Source: Octopus bimaculoides (lineage: Eukaryota). From it: DNA of 60,069 nt. Under the pieces are notes generated by a model. It made no database searches. It had not been told where the DNA came from and saw nothing but the letters and a program-made list of their open reading frames with translations. The stretch covers positions 64,697,770-64,757,838 of the forward strand of contig NC_068991.1 of assembly GCF_001194135.2 (NCBI RefSeq). The letters are read 5' to 3'. Position 1 is the first letter of the stretch, and each line of letters begins with the position of its first letter. This document shows positions 51,030 through 60,069 of the stretch, one piece after another. Made by a program: the position numbers and the translations under genes.

Positions 51030-51864
51030 NNNNNNNNNNNNNNNNNNNNNNNNNNNNNNNNNNNNNNNNNNNNNNNNNNNNNNNNNNNNNNNNNNNNNNN
51101 NNNNNNNNNNNNNNNNNNNNNNNNNNNNNNNNNNNNNNNNNNNNNNNNNNNNNNNNNNNNNNNNNNNNNNNNNNNNNNNNNNNNNNNNNNNNNNNNNNNN
51201 NNNNNNNNNNNNNNNNNNNNNNNNNNNNNNNNNNNNNNNNNNNNNNNNNNNNNNNNNNNNNNNNNNNNNNNNNNNNNNNNNNNNNNNNNNNNNNNNNNNN
51301 NNNNNNNNNNNNNNNNNNNNNNNNNNNNNNNNNNNNNNNNNNNNNNNNNNNNNNNNNNNNNNNNNNNNNNNNNNNNNNNNNNNNNNNNNNNNNNNNNNNN
51401 NNNNNNNNNNNNNNNNNNNNNNNNNNNNNNNNNNNNNNNNNNNNNNNNNNNNNNNNNNNNNNNNNNNNNNNNNNNNNNNNNNNNNNNNNNNNNNNNNNNN
51501 NNNNNNNNNNNNNNNNNNNNNNNNNNNNNNNNNNNNNNNNNNNNNNNNNNNNNNNNNNNNNNNNNNNNNNNNNNNNNNNNNNNNNNNNNNNNNNNNNNNN
51601 NNNNNNNNNNNNNNNNNNNNNNNNNNNNNNNNNNCACCATCGCCAACACAACCACTCCCACTATCGACACCACGACCACCTCCAGTACCACCACCACCAC
51701 CACCACCACCACCACCACCATACGTTTCCAGCCTAAAAACGATTAGAAATGGGACAATCTCCAATGAATGACATTCCTCGTAACTGTTCTCGGAGAGATG
51801 TTTCAGTTGAAGGCCATTTTCCGAGTGATACCTCCAGTGACCACTATAAGAGTACACAAACTAC

Positions 51865-52075
51865 CGGCGGAAACTTTCGCTTGGTTACTCAGCCTGCTAG
51901 AAATAGCAATCAAATATACCTCAAATCACATCCTACCGTCTTAAAGAAAAGAAAAAGAATGTTGGGCAATGAAGCTCTTAATATACAAAAAGGCAGGATG
52001 GTCACATCTGGAATGTATTCATTCATAGGACTTCTCGATCAGAGCCGAGTTAAGCTGGAACAAACAGCAGCGGTA
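51865..52075 (-). mobile_element. Dispersed repeat family D (unclassified)
   Basis: The minus strand has ctatga..ttccag.tgtgaccatcc...gtgatttgagg.a.atttg..tgctatttctagcagg. Related pieces near 18090-18200, 20930-21070, 38000-38160, 42630-42720 and 55290-55480. Confidence 0.6.
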
Positions 52076-52764
52076 CCTTGTTACACAAGACGGTTCTAAA
52101 CAATATTTTTTACTGAGGCAATGAGATGGCAGGATTGTAGAAAGTCGGATTAAATATTTACATTTCACTTGAAATGGCCCCTAGCTCTGATTCGATAGAA
52201 TAAGCACCAGTATTGCACTGAGATCGATCCTCTCGAATTGCACTGAGATCGATCCTCTCGGCTATGTTCATTCTCTATCATAAATTGGTATTGTGTCCTT
52301 CGAAGGATAGCAACAGTAGGGCAGTGAATTGAAAGAAATAGCAGTGTGCCTTCGCAACTACACATAAAACTTTTGTATCGATTTTTAGTCTCTTATGCGA
52401 TATTGATTAATTTCTGTGCATTGACTTTTTTTAAAAATCTTTTGGCTTGTTTTTCATTTCTCTTTTCTTATAACAGGTGGGTAATGAATCTCATTTATCG
52501 TAAAGTGTGATCTATTTTAATGAAACTTATAGTGAAGTGTACGTTGTAAAATTTAGGTTTTGATTTTATGATATAGTTTTAAGGTTATAAGTTACGGCGA
52601 GTATAATGGAAGAACTTCCGTGAGTGAGGCTTTTTTTGATATGGAGGACTGGAAGAGAAAAACAGTAATAAGAAACATTTTTCTTTTTTTTTTTTTTTTT
52701 GCCTTAATTTCAGTAAGAACAAATGTAAATAAACTAAAGACCTGAAAATTATGCATACATAACT

Positions 52765-52900
52765 TCTGGCGGTGCAAGATCGTGGTTTCGATTCCCGAAC
52801 CGGGCAGTGCATTGTGGTCTTTACTAAAAGAATTCATTTCATATTGCTCCTCTCCACTTCGCAATAACTGAGTAACCCTGCGACAGACTGGCATCCCCTT
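52765..52900 (+). mobile_element. SINE family E fragment
   Basis: gcaagatcgtggtttcgattcccgaaccgggcagtgcattgtg...gagtaaccctgcgacagactggcatccc. Confidence 0.8.
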
Positions 52901-54844
52901 CTTTTCGCGTTCCTATTATTTAGAACAAACGTATTTGAAGTAATCACTATATTTATTGAACATTTGCTACCTCAAGTCTAATTTGAGATAAATGTGGTAG
53001 GAGCACTTTATTTGGTTCAGCTACTACATTTGCCAGCGTATAAAATGTATCCTATTTTACAAGGATAATTTGTGGAAAAACAAATTTAGTATGTTCCAGC
53101 ATACACTTACTGAAATACATTTTAAAGTGCTTTTGCAAGAGAAAATATAAGGTGTGGCTTATGTGAGATGCATATCATGTGTGAGTTATGTATGCAGCGA
53201 AAGGATGTATAATGAAATGGTGTGACTTCCTGGTGTAACTTCCAACATACCGTAAGCAATGATTTGTAAGTTTGTGCCGAGAAGACTGATATTTGGTTGT
53301 TTTCAATATTTTATTATTAATGACAGTTATTGTGCTTTGGAGAGCTATGCTCACTCGGCTCCCTGGCCTACATCACTCGATCCTCAATGGTGTGACCCTC
53401 AATGACAGAATGATGAGGTAAATGGACAAATAATAGGGTATGAGTCTAACGGTTTACGGAAGATAGGGTGCTGAATATAGTTTTTATTTTATTCTTGCTA
53501 TTTTGTTCTTCAAATTTGTATTTGATGTTAATAGCGATCGTTGATGTGGTATTTAATCGCATGCCGTACCTTATAAATTTTCAATTCTGCACTTTTCTTT
53601 TCACCATAATTCCAAGTTTTCGGTGCTGCTATATATCGCTATAGGGGGAAAAAAAGTATTGTATCGCTCGAGCTCAGCTTTTGTCTTGAATTTCTAATTC
53701 TAATTTTATACTGAAGCAAGCATAATAAATTGTCTTAACAAAATCTTCCAAGTCTTCTCTTTGCCTTTTAGCAACATATACACTATATCTCAATATANNN
53801 NNNNNNNNNNNNNNNNNNNNNNNNNNNNNNNNNNNNNNNNNNNNNNNNNNNNNNNNNNNNNNNNNNNNNNNNNNNNNNNNNNNNNNNNNNNNNNNNNNNN
53901 NNNNNNNNNNNNNNNNNNNNNNNNNNNNNNNNNNNNNNNNNNNNNNNNNNNNNNNNNNNNNNNNNNNNNNNNNNNNNNNNNNNNNNNNNNNNNNNNNNNN
54001 NNNNNNNNNNNNNNNNNNNNNNNNNNNNNNNNNNNNNNNNNNNNNNNNNNNNNNNNNNNNNNNNNNNNNNNNNNNNNNNNNNNNNNNNNNNNNNNNNNNN
54101 NNNNNNNNNNNNNNNNNNNNNNNNNNNNNNNNNNNNNNNNNNNNNNNNNNNNNNNNNNNNNNNNNNNNNNNNNNNNNNNNNNNNNNNNNNNNNNNNNNNN
54201 NNNNNNNNNNNNNNNNNNNNNNNNNNNNNNNNNNNNNNNNNNNNNNNNNNNNNNNNNNNNNNNNNNNNNNNNNNNNNNNNNNNNNNNNNNNNNNNNNNNN
54301 NNNNNNNNNNNNNNNNNNNNNNNNNNNNNNNNNNNNNNNNNNNNNNNNNNNNNNNNNNNNNNNNNNNNNNNNNNNNNNNNNNNNNNNNNNNNNNNNNNNN
54401 NNNNNNNNNNNNNNNNNNNNNNNNNNNNNNNNNNNNNNNNNNNNNNNNNNATATATATTTATATTGATATATATATGATTCCTGCTGAGGTGATAAAATT
54501 TGTACCAGTGATGTACCGTTTTTCATTTAAAAAATGATCTGATACCTATTCCAAAAATGGTTTTAGTAATTTAACTAATTTTAGCTAGATTTTGTTTCCT
54601 ATTTTTACTCGCTGCCTTTAAACTCAATCATAGAATTTCTACCCAGTCGACTAACCAGGAAAAATAGCTGTCATTTTTCTTGAAATTGCACCCCACTGTC
54701 TTAAGAAAATAAGTATATTGTATAATGTACCTGGCTTCTCTGCACATAAAAAGGAAGGATCGACCCATTATGAATGCCTTTGATCGTAGGCCTGTTCGAT
54801 GAAGGCTCGCCTGGGTTATCAATATTGGTTTCAAATTTAGACGT

Positions 54845-55260
54845 AAAGCAAGAAATTTGGGGGGAAGGGGTAATTCGATTACATCAGTCCCAATGTTCAA
54901 CGGGTGCTTATTTTATCGATGTCAAAAGGGAAAGTAAACTTCGTTGGAATTTGAACTCAAAACGAAAAGACGGACGAAATGACACTTACAATTTTGTCCG
55001 GCATGCTAACGATTCCGCCAGCTCGACACCTTGCAAGTTGTTAATAATTGAACCAATGAAATGCGGCGAACTGGCAGAATCGTTAGCGCGCCGGATAAAA
55101 TGCTGAGCAGCATTTCTTCCGATTCTTTAAGTTCTGAGTCCAAAAGCCGCCGAAGTTAACATTGCCTTTTTCTCTTTTGGCATCGATAAAATAAATACTG
55201 CGGTCGATGGAATCGACTTCCTCTCTCCTGAAATTTGGCCCAATGCCAAAATTAGAAAGA
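54845..55260. mobile_element. Two family A SINEs, divergent (minus 54845-55030, plus 55062-55260)
   Basis: ggaatttgaactcaaaacg..cgattccgccagctcg on the first; gcggcgaactggcagaatcgttagcgcgcc..aagttctgagtcc on the second. Confidence 0.8.
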
Positions 55261-56044
55261 ATGTTGAAACAAGAAGGAACCTCAGTGTGGTCACTGGAAC
55301 AACAAGCTAGAAATAGAAGTCAAATCTCTCTGGAATCACAGTCTACTTATTTTAATAAATGATAGGCACACTGGATAACATAGTGTGAATAAAACAACAG
55401 ATTGAACTCGGATTGCACACTATTGGTTATAGATCTTCTCAATCAGGATTAACTTAGGAAATAAAAACATGCAACAAGAAAATTACTAGGTATCGATCTG
55501 TGCCAGAGATCATTCACTTATCATTGATGTTAAACAGATGAGGTATATCTCACCACATTGATTATTTCTTAGTCAAGCTCAGGTTTTGTTTATAGCAGAA
55601 TTTATCTTATGAATTGTAACAATGTAGTTGTAATTTGTTATCTTAAACAAGTAGATGAATGAATTTTTAAGGCGGCGATTTGGCAAGTCGTCAGAGCGTC
55701 GATTAGATTTCGTTCCGGATCTCTGCACTATAAGTTCAAATGTCACCATTCATTTTTTTCGAGGTTGATAAATAGGTACCAGTTCTGTATCCTGGGGTCG
55801 ATTCCTCTCTTCGCTATTTTATCTCTGGAAAAAATCGGTTGTGCTCAGACTTGGAGAAGGATGGGCTCCGCCTAGCTTAAAATGCTCATGACACAACATG
55901 TCATGACGGCGCACCTCCGACTCTATCAAGAATTAAGAACTTACCATCAATACATCTCAAGTATGCATTTCTCCCTCTTTGGAAATGCTCAAGGAATTAA
56001 ATTAATATAGAATGTTGTTGATTAAGCTCAAATATTTAATATTA

Positions 56045-56230
56045 GTTATAAAGGCCAAGAGTTTCTAGGGAGCTGGGTTAGTCAATTACACTGACCCTAG
56101 TACTCAACTGGTACTTATTTTAACGACCCCGAGAGGATGAAAGGCAAAGTCGACCTCGGTAGAATTTGAACTCAGTATGTAAGATAGACGAAATGCCGCT
56201 GAGCGTTTTACCCGGCTGTTAACGATTTTT
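56045..56230 (-). mobile_element. SINE family A
   Basis: gtactcaactggtacttattttaacgaccccgagaggatgaaaggcaaagtcgacctcggtagaatttgaactcag. Confidence 0.85.
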
Positions 56231-56955
56231 GATATTGAGTTGTGATCGGTCAGTGAAGTTCATAATATTGTGTTTTAGATTTACGCTAACTTCAGACAAC
56301 AAGCTACTTAAATCTCGATCATAAAGCCGTGGCTTCGGTAAGATAACATTTTTGGAGCCTGATGTTTAATGATTTGTGCAGACAGTGACCTACAGGTCGA
56401 TGGTAAATTAGCAAAGCTGTCACAACATCGGATATAATACATTGGAAGTCTTTGTTACGGCTGTCTGCGTTTAATTTTCAAATCCTACCGAGGTTAACTA
56501 TGCTTTTCATCCTTTCGCAGGTTGATAAATAAAATACCAATCCAGAGCTGTGGATTAGCGGGACTGTTAGAAAATAAAACCGGATGCCTTGTGGTATATG
56601 TTCCCACCTTTAGCGTTCCGACGGAAAAAACCTGCCACAAAACCAAGTTTTAACGGTCCTTGTCTTTCCTTTGAGCAACAATGGTGCCGCAGAGAGAGAG
56701 AGAGAGAGTAGACTTACATACATTAATAATTAATGGTCGTCCTTAAAAAAACTTTGTCCATCTCTAAAACTTGAAGAGGCCCTTTCCAGGTTCCCAAGAG
56801 ATACATTGATGTCTCCGATCTACGGATTTACATTAGCTAAACATCAACCACACCAATCTCACCAGAGGGGTTTAGCCTATCCATTTTCTGTACATTCTGT
56901 GAGTTATAAAAGATGTCTTCGACATAAAGAAATGCTATTTCCTGANNNNNNNNNN

Positions 56956-57015
<60 letters not shown>

Positions 57016-57181
57016 GAGGGAGAGATATAGAGACAATGGAGAAAATAAGTAATCGAAAGATAGGGAGAAAGAAAGAGAGGAAGAGAGGGAAGGGAGGTGC
57101 TGAGAGGAATCAAGATGATATAGAGATGAATAGAGAGGGGTAGTATGTTATAGACAAAGAGAGACGGAGACGGTGAGCAAA

Positions 57182-57214
<33 letters not shown>

Positions 57215-57929
57215 GAGAGGGAGAGAGAGAGNNNNNNNNNNNNNNNNNNNNNNNNNNNNNNNNNNNNNNNNNNNNNNNNNNNNNNNNNNNNNNNNNNNNN
57301 NNNNNNNNNNNNNNNNNNNNNNNNNNNNNNNNNNNNNNNNNNNNNNNNNNNNNNNNNNNNNNNNNNNNNNNNNNNNNNNNNNNNNNNNNNNNNNNNNNNN
57401 NNNNNNNNNNNNNNNNNNNNNNNNNNNNNNNNNNNNNNNNNNNNNNNNNNNNNNNNNNNNNNNNNNNNNNNNNNNNNNNNNNNNNNNNNNNNNNNNNNNN
57501 NNNNNNNNNNNNNNNNNNNNNNNNNNNNNNNNNNNNNNNNNNNNNNNNNNNNNNNNNNNNNNNNNNNNNNNNNNNNNNNNNNNNNNNNNNNNNNNNNNNN
57601 NNNNNNNNNNNNNNNNNNNNNNNNNNNNNNNNNNNNNNNNNNNNNNNNNNNNNNNNNNNNNNNNNNNNNNNNNNNNNNNNNNNNNNNNNNNNNNNNNNNN
57701 NNNNNNNNNNNNNNNNNNNNNNNNNNNNNNNNNNNNNNNNNNNNNNNNNNNNNNNNNNNNNNNNNNNNNNNNNNNNNNNNNNNNNNNNNNNNNNNNNNNN
57801 NNNNNNNNNNNNNNNNNNNNNNNNNNNNNNNNNNNNNNNNNNNNNNNNNNNNNNNNNNNNNNNNNNNNNNNNNNNNNNNNNNNNNNNNNNNNNNNNNNNN
57901 NNNNNNNNNNNNNNNNNNNNNNNNNNNNN

Positions 57930-57962
<33 letters not shown>

Positions 57963-57969
57963 GTATGTC

Positions 57970-58005
<36 letters not shown>

Positions 58006-58284
58006 GAGTAAATAAAAACTTAGAAACAAGACATGGAAATGATGTGTATTTTAGTTGTGAATAATATTTTGTTTTAGCTTTAGATTTGTTTTTTGTTTTT
58101 CTGTTTTTTTTAAGTATCCTTGATTACTAAAAGACATTTGGCTTGTGATGACGTCACGAAACAGCTGCGGCAGCGAACTTGTTAATTGTTGGGAAATGAA
58201 TCTGATGAACCGTTGGGAGGAGGTGAAAGTACTTAAAGATATCACATGTTGAATAGCGATGCGTAATGTCTGAAGAATGGAATG

Positions 58285-58328
58285 GAAAGAAAGAAAGGAA
58301 AGGAAAGAAAGTATAGAAGAGATGAGAG

Positions 58329-58371
<43 letters not shown>

Positions 58372-58381
58372 GTGGGAGAAA

Positions 58382-58433
<52 letters not shown>

Positions 58434-58462
58434 AAGAAAGAAAGAAAGAAAGAGCGGGAGAA

Positions 58463-58507
<45 letters not shown>

Positions 58508-58511
58508 ACGA

Positions 58512-58575
<64 letters not shown>

Positions 58576-58587
58576 ACGAAAGAGATA

Positions 58588-58622
<35 letters not shown>

Positions 58623-58630
58623 GGAGGAGA
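58285..58630. repeat. (GAAA)n microsatellite
   Basis: Direct reading. Confidence 0.95.
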
Positions 58631-59770
58631 GAGAAAGAAAGAAAAGAGACAGAAGAAAAAAAAGGAAATGTCAAAGAATCCAAGAATGTGTTAACCCGTT
58701 ATGAATATGAATGACGAGGAAAACACTTTTGAATCTGACATTGGTCGAAGATTCAGAAGAAATTATTCTTCTGCAAGAACTTGGTTTAAAGAAATTGATT
58801 TGATTTTGGTGAATCTGAAATGAACTGAGATATCAGGAATGATGAGAGATAAGATACAAGAGTAGAAGTCGCTTTGGTTTTTAGTGGGGGTGGGGGTAAT
58901 GGTAACTAATGTTTTTCTTGTTATAATGATGTTGGTTTTGATATTGGTGGTGGTGNNNNNNNNNNNNNNNNNNNNNNNNNNNNNNNNNNNNNNNNNNNNN
59001 NNNNNNNNNNNNNNNNNNNNNNNNNNNNNNNNNNNNNNNNNNNNNNNNNNNNNNNNNNNNNNNNNNNNNNNNNNNNNNNNNNNNNNNNNNNNNNNNNNNN
59101 NNNNNNNNNNNNNNNNNNNNNNNNNNNNNTGACAAGGCTACAGAATTTTTGGTGTGGGATTCAACCGATTAAATTGAACTAAACATTCGTTTGGTAGTTC
59201 GCTTATTGACATCAGAAAGAATAAAGGTAAGATTGACCTCAATGGCTTTTTTTAATTCTGAACGTGAATATTGACTTTTAACTTTTTACACGAGGCCACA
59301 CGCTTTGGGACGAAATATTCAGTCGATTAAATCAGGCTTTACACTTGATTAATTATTCATTTACCAATTCTGGAAAGATATAACCCAAAGTTGACTTCAA
59401 TGGGTTTTGAATTTAACTTATACAATACCAAAAGGCATTTTGTCTGACGCTTTTTACGATTCTAGCAATTCACTGCTCTCATAAATTCTAACTTTGGAGA
59501 CGCTAAAGATCATATCAGCAGTTTTAACAAAGCTTTCCTCCTTACACAGTCATTAATTCTTTACTTATTAGCTGTATGGTTTCTTAAAATATTTCGGTAC
59601 CCGACAAACCACTTTTGGCGAAACTTCACGGTGACGATCATTCTGTTTTACAAGTATGAAGACTATGATTTTTATTGAGTCATTTCTTCAATGTTGCTTT
59701 TAGTTTTATAAACACATGCACACACATATACATACTCACAAATGCACGTGCGCGCGCACACACACATATC

Positions 59771-59835
<65 letters not shown>

Positions 59836-59838
59836 GTG

Positions 59839-60061
59839 AGGCGGTGAGCTGGCAGAAACGTTAGCACGCCGAGGGAAATGCTTAGCGGTATTTCGTCTGC
59901 CGTTACGTTCTGAGTTCAAATTCCGCCGAGGTCGACTTTGCCTTTCATCCTTTCGGGGTCGATAAATTAAGTACCAATTACGAACTGGGGTCGATGTAAT
60001 CGACTTAATCCCTTTGTTTGTCCCCTCTATATTTAGCCCTTGTGGGTAATAAAGAAATAAG
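59839..60061 (+). mobile_element. Young SINE family A (tail type Z) inserted in a (GATA)n tract
   Basis: Very close to 41054-41285, including the tail gacttaatccctttg..gtcccctctat.tttagccc..aataaagaaat. GATA repeats on both sides. Confidence 0.92.
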
Positions 60062-60069
60062 ATAGATAG

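Noticed and set aside
51720-51845. Candidate 120-nt minus-strand exon (ctcttatag ... gtatgg)
   Set aside because: One frame is open, but the peptide is unrecognisable and has no linked exons.
52213-52259. Tandem duplication ttgcactgagatcgatcctctcg x2
   Set aside because: An ordinary local slippage duplication inside a decayed SINE fragment.
58700-58850. Candidate exon between microsatellites
   Set aside because: Weak donor, stops in most frames and no recognisable homology.

Overview
Repeat-saturated, AT-rich eukaryotic DNA with many N gaps, most of them abutting microsatellites. The SINE repertoire and microsatellite load point to an octopus (coleoid cephalopod) genome; this is an inference from recalled repeat families. 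I found no convincing host-gene exon, so the window reads as intergenic or deep intronic. All recognisable coding sequence is dead transposon: a 5'-truncated R4/Dong-type (restriction-like endonuclease) LINE sitting inside a (CATA)n microsatellite (9.8-10.9 kb), a decayed hAT transposase (32.5-34.6 kb) with a second, inverted copy of its 5' end (37.2-37.9 kb), a Tigger/pogo transposase pseudogene (46.3-48.1 kb) and RTE-like LINE fragments. Non-coding elements include at least four tRNA-like SINE families, two copies of a long-TIR foldback element carrying TTAGGG repeats, a Tc1/mariner-type MITE and a Helentron-like element. The most unusual structure is a head-to-tail array of seven SINE copies of mixed subtype separated by the same junction motif (28.9-31.0 kb), which suggests repeated reuse of one insertion site. 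Most listed ORFs are microsatellite or N-gap artefacts. Family letters A-E are my own labels, and most SINE and remnant boundaries are approximate.
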